Shown here: positions 8,441 through 16,125 of the stretch, in pieces | Layout of the letters: every line of letters begins with the position of its first letter | Position numbering within the stretch: position 1 is the stretch's first letter | Source: a virus | Length of the DNA stretch: 64,000 bases | Direction: 5' to 3' (one strand) | Virus record (IMG/VR): IMGVR_UViG_3300045988_164842 | Span: 1-64,000 of that record | Program-made: the position numbers and the translations under genes | The notes under the pieces: model-generated | Seen by the model: the letters and a program-made list of their open reading frames with translations, nothing else | Database searches by the model: none | Told to the model about the DNA's origin: nothing

Positions 8441-8656
8441 ATGATAGAAGAGCATGAATGTGTTCTGAAAATTGAAGCCACTGAGAAGTCTTACAATATG
8501 CACTTCGAAGGAACTGGGGAAGAAATACTGGCTCTTTTGTCGACTTCTATTATTGAGGTTATCAACTGTCTTGCAGAATACAATGACAAAGAAAAGGTTT
8601 CAGATGTTATAAACTTGGCGGTAAAAAACATACTCAGGAGAGAAAGAAAGGCATGA
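8441..8656 (+). CDS. hypothetical small protein (71 aa), intact copy of the tandem pair
   Basis: GGAGGTGAAAAC RBS; paralog of 8200..8436. Confidence 0.7.
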   Translation: MIEEHECVLKIEATEKSYNMHFEGTGEEILALLSTSIIEVINCLAEYNDKEKVSDVINLAVKNILRRERKA

Positions 8657-8895
8657 TAACAATGTATAAAAATAGCCATTTTAATTTTGAAAAAGACACT
8701 TTCGTAAAAGAATACCTCGAACCGTGTCTTATCGCAATGGACATCGGTGTGAAGTCGGTAGAGTACACCACAAACGAATACGGCGATGAAACAGTCAAGG
8801 TTACATACAACAACGGCTTCAAACATGAAGTGAACGTAACCTGTGACAGTCTGGAAGCTCTGACAAAAGACGTTGTTGTTCGTATATGCGAATAA
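8653..8895 (+). CDS. hypothetical protein (80 aa)
   Basis: ATGA overlap with the upstream gene; no recognisable motif. Confidence 0.6.
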   Translation: MITMYKNSHFNFEKDTFVKEYLEPCLIAMDIGVKSVEYTTNEYGDETVKVTYNNGFKHEVNVTCDSLEALTKDVVVRICE

Positions 8896-9065
8896 AGATT
8901 GACGGCACGGATAAAGAAATCCGAAAGGAAATTGACCGCTATAGCAGGCGGAAAGATATTCAGGTTATGACGGTCAGTTATCCCTTTCTTAGGGATTACG
9001 AAAACGGAAAGTCCGGGCTGAGAACTTGTGTGATTACAGCAATACTGAAAGGAGATAATATGTAG
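8886..9065 (+). CDS. hypothetical protein (59 aa, below the ORF-track cutoff)
   Basis: ATG at 8886 overlaps the upstream stop. Hand translation: MRIKIDGTDKEIRKEIDRYSRRKDIQVMTVSYPFLRDYENGKSGLRTCVITAILKGDNM, TAG at 9063-9065. Confidence 0.5.
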   Translation: MRIKIDGTDKEIRKEIDRYSRRKDIQVMTVSYPFLRDYENGKSGLRTCVITAILKGDNM

Positions 9066-9304
9066 TGGCAAATATTTGTTTTGACTGTCAGAGAGCATTA
9101 CCATTAAGAGGTTGTCCGTGGGCAGACAAATTTGAACCAGTTGAAGGCTGGACGGCTACACCTGTGACAATAAAAACAAACATCACTCATAGAGATAGTT
9201 ACAACATTACAGCGTGTCCGCTTTTTTTACAGGACAAGCCAAAAACTGTAGAAATCAAAGAACCCGTAAAAAACACATATTCTTCAATTTACCTTAGACG
9301 GTGA
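9065..9304 (+). CDS. Cys-containing small protein (79 aa)
   Basis: GTG start overlapping the upstream TAG. Contains CFDCQ...GCPWADKFEPVEGWTA...ACPLF. Confidence 0.55.
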   Translation: MANICFDCQRALPLRGCPWADKFEPVEGWTATPVTIKTNITHRDSYNITACPLFLQDKPKTVEIKEPVKNTYSSIYLRR

Positions 9305-9311
9305 AAGATGT

Positions 9312-9452
9312 GTGGAGGAATACTCAAGTGCGGAGAAAGCAGCAAAAGCATTTGGAGTGTCATCATGGAGTATATACCGTATGTTAAAAACACCATTAGA
9401 AAAAGATGATTACATATTAAAGAAGGTTATAAGGTATGAAAAAAGTAAGTAA
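9312..9452 (+). CDS. small HTH protein candidate (46 aa)
   Basis: GTG start. Contains YSSAEKAAKAFGVSSWSIYRMLK, a typical helix-turn-helix. The RBS is weak, so the start is uncertain. Confidence 0.35.
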   Translation: MEEYSSAEKAAKAFGVSSWSIYRMLKTPLEKDDYILKKVIRYEKSK

Positions 9453-9714
9453 GATGGGAAGTCATATCGCTACTGTATGTGCCTATGTGGGTTTCTCAAC
9501 ACTGTTCTCTATGTCAGGGATAGCAGTGGCAAGACACTGGAACAGTGAAACCTTGGCGATATATATGCTGATATTCGGAACAATTTCAGTATGGGGCTTA
9601 TGGAGAAGCGTTCCGCTAAGAAAGATAGGCAGAAAATTCTTTTCGCCAGTAAAGGCAAAAGAGAAGAAATCGGTCAGATATAAATTCAGAATAAGAAGAA
9701 AGGAGAAAATTTAA
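9436..9714 (+). CDS. membrane protein (92 aa)
   Basis: Two hydrophobic segments (IATVCAYVGFSTLFSMSGIAV, LAIYMLIFGTISVWGLW) and a basic C-terminus. Confidence 0.6.
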   Translation: MKKVSKMGSHIATVCAYVGFSTLFSMSGIAVARHWNSETLAIYMLIFGTISVWGLWRSVPLRKIGRKFFSPVKAKEKKSVRYKFRIRRKEKI

Positions 9715-10451
9715 TGTTTGAAAAGCTGTACGAAGAAATTCAGGAAGATATAAAAAATGGCAATGTCGACAAGTATCTTTTTGAAAAGGTTCTTGATGGT
9801 AAATACATAGTGCTTACAGATGAATATGTTGTCACACTTATAATTCCAGAATATATCGCACCAAAGAAATTTCGCAAGGCAGTCGATGTGGACAACGTTT
9901 TCATGCGTACGTTTTATGTATGTTCTGACGGTAAAACATACATAAACAATATCAGCACGCCAGACACTAAGCCGGTGAAAGCTACGCTTGTAGATAAAGA
10001 GGAACTCTCGGTGTTTGGGAAGTGTCTTATGGCAGAAGAAGAAAATCTTGTCGCTATCAGGTACAAGGAAACTCAGAAGATACATCTCTGTGTTCTCAGT
10101 GCTACTTTGGGGACAGTTACAATCTATAGGACGGTTGCTGTAATCGAAGATAGACAAGCTAAGATGGAATCGAAGATAAATCTTTTACAGGTTTTATATC
10201 CGGAGTTGCCTGTAATCCGGATACCTAACGAGGGGATTGCGATAAACCCAAAGGTATATATCGCAGAATATGTAGATGATGAAAACGGCGTTCGTTTTTA
10301 CTCAAGAGAGGATTTCCGCTACCTGTATTTCAATGCGAACAAATCTTCTTTTGAAAATATGTCGGTGAACGAAAGACACTACATACTGGACAAGAAGTGT
10401 GCGGAACTCGACTGGAAAGAAGCAATTTTTGTAGAGAGTGAGGAACTGTAA
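9714..10451 (+). CDS. hypothetical protein (245 aa)
   Basis: AAAGGAGAAAAT RBS; TAATG coupling with neighbours. Confidence 0.65.
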   Translation: MFEKLYEEIQEDIKNGNVDKYLFEKVLDGKYIVLTDEYVVTLIIPEYIAPKKFRKAVDVDNVFMRTFYVCSDGKTYINNISTPDTKPVKATLVDKEELSVFGKCLMAEEENLVAIRYKETQKIHLCVLSATLGTVTIYRTVAVIEDRQAKMESKINLLQVLYPELPVIRIPNEGIAINPKVYIAEYVDDENGVRFYSREDFRYLYFNANKSSFENMSVNERHYILDKKCAELDWKEAIFVESEEL

Positions 10452-10747
10452 TGAGTATAATGTCAGAATATTACGATTACAATGACCCGAAAGGAACATT
10501 CTGTAAAGAGTGTGGCGACCGTATTGATGAGGAAGCAGATGGCTTATGTGAAGACTGTTTCAGTGAAGGAAAGAAGTATGACAAAAAAGAGGTATCAAAC
10601 TTCCTTGATTACTGGAACGGCTATGTACCAGACGACTTTTTTGAGGAAAAAGAAAGAGACTTTCTTGAAAAGTATTTCAACCTGATGGAAAAGGAATGGT
10701 ACAAGTACATCTCTGACGTTTACGATGATGAAAAAAAGGACTGCTGA
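10451..10747 (+). CDS. zinc-ribbon small acidic protein (98 aa)
   Basis: CKECGDRIDEEADGLCEDC; translationally coupled (TAATG). Confidence 0.6.
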   Translation: MSIMSEYYDYNDPKGTFCKECGDRIDEEADGLCEDCFSEGKKYDKKEVSNFLDYWNGYVPDDFFEEKERDFLEKYFNLMEKEWYKYISDVYDDEKKDC

Positions 10748-10750
10748 CGT

Positions 10751-11305
10751 ATGAACAAACATAAAAACTCCACAAACATCGGAAAGCACAACAAAGGTTC
10801 TGCAAACATAGGCTCAGACAACAAGGGAGTAGGCAACATAGGAAATATAAATATAGGCAGAGACAATATAGGTGCATTAAGCATTGGACTTTTAAATGTA
10901 GGTCTTTATAATCACGGCAAGATAAACGTTGGTTCTGGGAATTTTGGTATAGGCAATGTAGGCAGAAACAATATAGGCTTTTTTAACATCGGTATACAAA
11001 ATTTTGGTGTATTTAATACTAATGGGTTTCAGTTCGATGGCATAGATATAACTTCCGATAAAGAAATCAAAAACTTAAACAAGAAAATATTCACATTCAA
11101 TAAGCCAACTGACTGGACTTTTGAAAAGCTTATGGCTTCAATAGACTTTGATATGCTTTTCAACAAAATAGACAGTGGATATTCGGCAGTTAGTAAAAAG
11201 ACATTTAATGTTTTTAAATGCATTCCTAATTTTGATGAAGCTCTTTTGCACAAAATCTTGGCGGTGTGTGGTTATTATGATGATGATGGAACATTTTATT
11301 GGTGA
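10751..11305 (+). CDS. pentapeptide-repeat protein
   Basis: About 18 consecutive pentapeptides (NIGKH NKGSA NIGSD NKGVG NIGNI NIGRD NIGAL ... NFGVF). The C-terminal domain (FNKPTDWTFEKLMAS ... IPNFDEALLHKI) is shared with 36217..37017. Confidence 0.85.
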   Translation: MNKHKNSTNIGKHNKGSANIGSDNKGVGNIGNINIGRDNIGALSIGLLNVGLYNHGKINVGSGNFGIGNVGRNNIGFFNIGIQNFGVFNTNGFQFDGIDITSDKEIKNLNKKIFTFNKPTDWTFEKLMASIDFDMLFNKIDSGYSAVSKKTFNVFKCIPNFDEALLHKILAVCGYYDDDGTFYW

Positions 11306-11360
11306 AGTAAGCGTTAAGGTGCGACCTCCGCCAAATAAGTAAACCAAGAGGAGTGGTGAT

Positions 11361-12104
11361 ATGAATTACGAAGTCAAACAATTTTCAGAAATCGAAGCCA
11401 GTATGCGTAAAGCAAAGCTTGATATCAAAGAGCAGGCTTCTATGATACGAGCAATGGCTTGCACACCAGAAACTGTCAAAGATTGCAAAAAAGCAAGAGC
11501 TGACATGAGGAAGCAACTGGCACAATGGGAAAACTTACGCAAGCAAGTAAAAGAAAAAATCCTCAAACCCTATGAAGAGTTTGAACTGCTTTATAAAGAA
11601 TGTATTTCAAACCAGTATTATCATGCTGATAAGGTAATTCAAATGAGAATTTACGAAACAGAAAACTTTTTGAAAAACCAGAAAACAGATGAACTCAAAG
11701 AATACTTTGAAGAATATAAAGAATTTAAAAAGTTGGATTTTGTTTCTTACGAGGATTTAAGTATTAAAGTTACATTGTCTGAGAGCATGAAGAAATTGAA
11801 AGAAACTGTTTCCGAAAAGCTCGATAAGATTGCGGAAGATGTAAAGGTTATTCGTGAGCAGGAATACGCAGATGAAATTCTTGTAGAGTACAAACAGTGT
11901 TACGTTCTTTCACAAGCTATTGCGATAGTGACAGAACGTAAAAGGGCAATTGAAGAAATCTCAGAAAAACAAGAAAAAGATAATTATGTTTACGAGCCGG
12001 AAGTTGAAGAAAAATTTACATTAAGTTTTAGAGTTACGGCAAGTAAACTTAATTTAAAAAAACTAAAAGAATTTCTGGATAAAGGAGAATATGTATATGA
12101 GTGA
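11361..12104 (+). CDS. recombination-module protein (DUF1351-like by position and coiled-coil composition)
   Basis: Lys/Glu-rich, 247 aa, immediately upstream of and overlapping RecT. Family assignment is from memory of synteny only. Confidence 0.4.
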   Translation: MNYEVKQFSEIEASMRKAKLDIKEQASMIRAMACTPETVKDCKKARADMRKQLAQWENLRKQVKEKILKPYEEFELLYKECISNQYYHADKVIQMRIYETENFLKNQKTDELKEYFEEYKEFKKLDFVSYEDLSIKVTLSESMKKLKETVSEKLDKIAEDVKVIREQEYADEILVEYKQCYVLSQAIAIVTERKRAIEEISEKQEKDNYVYEPEVEEKFTLSFRVTASKLNLKKLKEFLDKGEYVYE

Positions 12105-12759
12105 ACCAAACGAATACACGATAACATATGAGCTGGATGGACAGGAAATTAAATTAACTTTTCCGATTGTTCAGAACTTTGTTGTTAGCGGTAACGGACA
12201 GATAACATTGCAGGAATATAAAGCATTTACGGAACTTTGCAAATGCAGAAAGCTTAACCCTTTCCTGAAAGAAGCGTACCTTATTAAGTTCGGAAATGCA
12301 CCTGCACAAATTGTTGTTGGTAAAGATGCTGTATTCAAAAAGGCATTGAGAAACCCAAACTACAATGGTCTGCGTAGTGGTATTATTGTAAAAACGAAAA
12401 ATGGTGAAATAATCGAGCGAAAGGGCTGTTTCTACGACATAGGAACAGAACAGCTTGTAGGCGGTTGGGCGGAAGTTTACAGAAAAGACATTGAGTATCC
12501 TACATACTGTAGCGTTGCTTTTTCAGAAGTCGCACAAACTAAAGCAGGTGGTTCTTTGAATAGTAACTGGGCTACAAAGGGTGCAACAATGGTCGAAAAA
12601 GTAGCTAAAGTCAGAGCATTGAGAGATACTTTTATGGAAGACCTCGGCGGAATGTATGAACCCGAAGAAGTCGGAAAACCAGAGTCAGAGCAGGAAGTTA
12701 TTCAGCAGGACGAACCTACAGAAACAGAAAACAAAGAAATTTCGATGAGTGATTTGTGA
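12097..12759 (+). CDS. recT: RecT-family single-strand annealing protein
   Basis: CKCRKLNPFLKEAYLIKFGNAPAQIVVGKD ... GGWAEVYRKD ... ATKGATMVEKVAKVRALRDTF. The second ATG is chosen for RBS spacing (the first ATG is at 12091). Confidence 0.8.
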   Translation: MSEPNEYTITYELDGQEIKLTFPIVQNFVVSGNGQITLQEYKAFTELCKCRKLNPFLKEAYLIKFGNAPAQIVVGKDAVFKKALRNPNYNGLRSGIIVKTKNGEIIERKGCFYDIGTEQLVGGWAEVYRKDIEYPTYCSVAFSEVAQTKAGGSLNSNWATKGATMVEKVAKVRALRDTFMEDLGGMYEPEEVGKPESEQEVIQQDEPTETENKEISMSDL

Positions 12760-13391
12760 TGGAATACAACGTTGTAGCTACAGGAAGTAGTGGCAATGCT
12801 GTAATCCTTGACAATAAAATCTTGATTGATTGTGGTGTCAGCTTCAAGCACCTTTCTTCTTATGTCAAAAATCTCGGCATAGTTCTACTGACACACATTC
12901 ATCAAGACCACTTTAAAAAGTCCACAATCGAACGCTTGGCAAAAGAAAGACCGATGTTACGATTTGCTTGCTGTGAATGGCTCGCAGAACCTTTAAAACA
13001 ATGCGGGGTAAAAAACATTGACATACTGGAAATCGGCAAGCTATATAACTACAAGCAGTTTGAAATCTCCCCTTTTAAGCTGTATCATGATGTAGAGAAT
13101 TGTGGGTATAGAATATTTATCAATGGTGAAAAAGCGTTATATGCCACAGATACAGCAACTTTAGATGGTATTTCAGCGAAAGATTATAGTTTATATCTGG
13201 TAGAAGCAAATTATCAGGCAGATGAAATCCATCAAAGGATTGCTGAAAAAATATCAGAACAAAAATATGTATATGAATATAGAGTTTTCAAAACTCATTT
13301 AAGTAAAGAAAATTGTGATAGGTGGCTGATGGAGAACAAAAACGAAAGCAGTGAAATAGTGTATCTTCATCAACACAAAGAAAGGAAATAA
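12759..13391 (+). CDS. metallo-beta-lactamase-fold hydrolase
   Basis: HXHXDH motif (LTHIHQDHF). ATG overlaps the RecT stop (GTGATGG). Confidence 0.75.
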   Translation: MEYNVVATGSSGNAVILDNKILIDCGVSFKHLSSYVKNLGIVLLTHIHQDHFKKSTIERLAKERPMLRFACCEWLAEPLKQCGVKNIDILEIGKLYNYKQFEISPFKLYHDVENCGYRIFINGEKALYATDTATLDGISAKDYSLYLVEANYQADEIHQRIAEKISEQKYVYEYRVFKTHLSKENCDRWLMENKNESSEIVYLHQHKERK

Positions 13392-13393
13392 TT

Positions 13394-13828
13394 ATGGCAT
13401 TCAACAAAGTTATTCTTATCGGCAGACTTACAACAGACCCCGAATTTTCGCAGTCTGCAAGCGGTGTTTCGGTTTGTAAGTTCAATATTGCGGTTGACAG
13501 AAGTACATCAAAGGGACAGGAAAAACAGACAGATTTTTTCCGTGTGTCTACTTTCCGTAAGACCGCAGAATTTGTAGGTAGATATTTCACTAAAGGCAAG
13601 CAGATTCTTGTGGAAGGTAAAATTCAGAACAACAATTACACGGACAAAAGTGGCGTTAAGCATTATTCCTGCGAGATTATCGCTGACAACGTAGGTTTTG
13701 TTGGGGGTAAAGAAGACAATAACACACCTGGCAATAACGGCTATCAGGCAATGCAGACACCACAGGCTCAGAACGCAGAGGCTTCCGCATTTGAAGAAAT
13801 ACTCAGTGACGGAGATGTCCCGTTTTAA
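13394..13828 (+). CDS. ssb: single-stranded DNA-binding protein
   Basis: MAFNKVILIGRLTTDPE OB-fold N-terminus, Gly/Gln/Asn-rich linker, acidic tail DGDVPF. Confidence 0.9.
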   Translation: MAFNKVILIGRLTTDPEFSQSASGVSVCKFNIAVDRSTSKGQEKQTDFFRVSTFRKTAEFVGRYFTKGKQILVEGKIQNNNYTDKSGVKHYSCEIIADNVGFVGGKEDNNTPGNNGYQAMQTPQAQNAEASAFEEILSDGDVPF

Positions 13829-13896
13829 GCTAAACAAGAAGTAAGAGAATAAGCAGGGCGAAAGCCCTGCAAATTATATAATAGGAGCAGGCTTGC

Positions 13897-14121
13897 ATGA
13901 CTATAAGAGAATTAATAAAAGAACTTGAAGCTATACCAGATGAGTTAAAAGATACAGTGGTGCTGAGAGCGCAGTACAACAGAAATAGGGATAGCCGTTA
14001 TGATGAAATTATAGGTGTTGGCTTTTGGGTAATAAACGTTGATTGTGGTTATTGGGGGCGTACTGTAGAGCCGAAGGATGTAAAGTATTCAGATGATGTT
14101 GAATTTGGCGTGATTTTATAA
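13897..14121 (+). CDS. hypothetical protein (74 aa)
   Basis: TAGGAGCAGG RBS; no motif. Confidence 0.55.
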   Translation: MTIRELIKELEAIPDELKDTVVLRAQYNRNRDSRYDEIIGVGFWVINVDCGYWGRTVEPKDVKYSDDVEFGVIL

Positions 14122-14133
14122 AGAGGTGATAGT

Positions 14134-14880
14134 ATGGCAGAATTTAAAATTATCCCAAACTACAAAAGAATAACCAGAGACCCTTACTTTTTTACAGGTA
14201 TTATTGATGAAGATGGAGGTGTCAGAATAGGAACCTTGAAGGATGTAGTTCCGGGTTATTATTTAACGGACATAAAGCTTGATAAGAACGAAGATGTTCT
14301 TGTAATCCCGGACAATGTAACAGCGATAACAACTACTATTTCAGGTCATTTTAAAAGAATAGTTTTCCCTAAAAATCTTAAAAGCTTGAAAATAGAAAAG
14401 CTTATTCCACCAATCAGCTATTGCTCGATGGATAAAAATCCTTTGACGTGTGAAATATACGATTTTAGGAAGTGCTATGAGGATTTTTACAAAATATTCA
14501 ACGAAGATGTTTTTTACAAGACGTCACCGTGGAGCGAAAATTTTCAGTTTTGTATCGTTCTTTTCTCAGATATATATGTGTTTTTTTTGAATAACGGTTT
14601 TACACCTATAGTGCAGGTCTTTTACCCTTTTAAAGATAATACATTTTACACAGAAGATAATGAGGTTTTTCCGTTTTCTCCGAAGTTTGAAAAGGAAGCC
14701 TCAGACTTGTTTTTCAGCAGACTTGACATAGACATCATTATCGGAATTATAAAACACTGTAGCAAACCGAGAGAATTAACTCTATATTTAATTGAATTCT
14801 TTCGTTCTACCGATAAACACGAACATCAAATCGAATTGATGAACCTACTGAAAAAACTACCTGGTGAAATCAGACCTTGA
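14134..14880 (+). CDS. hypothetical protein, tandem paralog A
   Basis: Shares VIPDNVTAI...FKRIVFPKNLKSLKIEK and the C-terminal KHEHQIELMNLLKKL with 14898..15596. Confidence 0.65.
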   Translation: MAEFKIIPNYKRITRDPYFFTGIIDEDGGVRIGTLKDVVPGYYLTDIKLDKNEDVLVIPDNVTAITTTISGHFKRIVFPKNLKSLKIEKLIPPISYCSMDKNPLTCEIYDFRKCYEDFYKIFNEDVFYKTSPWSENFQFCIVLFSDIYVFFLNNGFTPIVQVFYPFKDNTFYTEDNEVFPFSPKFEKEASDLFFSRLDIDIIIGIIKHCSKPRELTLYLIEFFRSTDKHEHQIELMNLLKKLPGEIRP

Positions 14881-14897
14881 ATTGTGAGGTGAAAACA

Positions 14898-15596
14898 ATG
14901 GCAAGATTTAAAACAGAGCAACGAGAAGATTTGCTTACGGGCGAAATTGATACATATTTGACGGAGGTTACAGTTGACGATAAACAAGAAACCGTTATAA
15001 TCCCAAAAGGAGTGAAATATGTAGACGCATTATTTCAAGGAGAATGTAGGAAAATCGTATTCCCGTCTACGTTAGAAAAGCTGGATTTCGAGAAAGATAT
15101 AAAAGTTTCTTCCAAGGATTTTTACTGTAGGATATTTGACTTTGCTAAAAAATCTAAAGTGTCTTTATTTGGTGTTGAAACAGTAAGAAGATTTTCCAAG
15201 GTGTTAAGACGTGGAGGTTTATCTCCTGTTTATATAAACCTCCGAAACTTATGTTTATTCTTTTACGGTATACATTCAGATTACGGTGGTGAATATGGTT
15301 ATTTAAAAATTCTATGGAATAAAGTCCAAGCCCTATATGTTAGGTGGGATATAAATGTTTTCATAGACTACACAAACCCTTATGCTCGTCCGATACTAGA
15401 AAACTTCTTTGATAATCTTACTCCATCTGATTTATGTGACCTGATAGAACCTACTGGATACATAAAAAAAGAAGGCAAAAAGCTTACGATGGAGAAGCTC
15501 ATCGAACTCACAAACGCTATTGGTAAATACGAACATCAGATTGCGTTAATGAATTTACTGAACAAAAATAAATCCGAAGCTGATTTGACTTTATAA
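14898..15596 (+). CDS. hypothetical protein, tandem paralog B
   Basis: Start MARFKTEQ follows GAGGTGAAAACA. Contains VIIPKGVKYVDALFQGECRKIVFPSTLEKLDFEK and KYEHQIALMNLLNKN. Confidence 0.65.
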   Translation: MARFKTEQREDLLTGEIDTYLTEVTVDDKQETVIIPKGVKYVDALFQGECRKIVFPSTLEKLDFEKDIKVSSKDFYCRIFDFAKKSKVSLFGVETVRRFSKVLRRGGLSPVYINLRNLCLFFYGIHSDYGGEYGYLKILWNKVQALYVRWDINVFIDYTNPYARPILENFFDNLTPSDLCDLIEPTGYIKKEGKKLTMEKLIELTNAIGKYEHQIALMNLLNKNKSEADLTL

Positions 15597-15608
15597 GGAG
15601 TGTGCAAT

Positions 15609-15944
15609 ATGACAAAACAAAAATATTGTGGTTACAGGTCTTACAGGCGATACAAAAAGAAAGGCTTGTGTGTACGGTGCGGAGAAAAAGCTTTGAGAGG
15701 ACAAGTTCTCTGTGCTTCCTGTAAGCGAAAATTCGCAAGAAGAAAGAAAGCGAAAAAGTACATTCCTGCACGAAGAACAAGAATAAGACAGAAAATTTGC
15801 TTTCAGTGCATGAAACCACTTGACAACGACCAGTGGAAAGTGTGTAATGCCTGCCATGAAAAGATGATTGAGTTGTCAAGAAAAGCGTCCGAAGCGAGAA
15901 AAGTAAAAGCTATGAAAGGAATAACCCATGAAATCACCATGTAA
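15609..15944 (+). CDS. basic Cys-rich (double zinc-ribbon) protein
   Basis: CVRCGEK...CASCKRK and CFQCMKP...CNACHEK. AAGGAG RBS 8 nt upstream of the ATG at 15609. Confidence 0.6.
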   Translation: MTKQKYCGYRSYRRYKKKGLCVRCGEKALRGQVLCASCKRKFARRKKAKKYIPARRTRIRQKICFQCMKPLDNDQWKVCNACHEKMIELSRKASEARKVKAMKGITHEITM

Positions 15945-16125
15945 AAACTGTCAGGTGAGGTGTACCGCCTGTCACTGTACTTGCGATAAATACAAGACTT
16001 TCAGAGAAAACAGAGACGCCTGTTTAAAGTACATGAGAAATACTGGCTACTACATACAAAAGGGAAGTCACATATCAACAATGTTCCGTACCCACAAAAA
16101 GAGGTGTAACAATGATTTCAATTGA
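15928..16125 (+). CDS. Cys-rich small protein (65 aa)
   Basis: CKNCQVRCTACHCTCDKY cluster; overlaps neighbours. Confidence 0.5.
   Translation: MKSPCKNCQVRCTACHCTCDKYKTFRENRDACLKYMRNTGYYIQKGSHISTMFRTHKKRCNNDFN

Noticed and set aside
9267-9274. A_AAA_AAC heptamer, in the correct phase for -1 frameshifting, near the end of 9065..9304.
   Set aside because: The -1 frame hits TAG after 8 codons. The downstream HTH segment is in the +1 frame, not -1, so the heptamer does not link the two ORFs.
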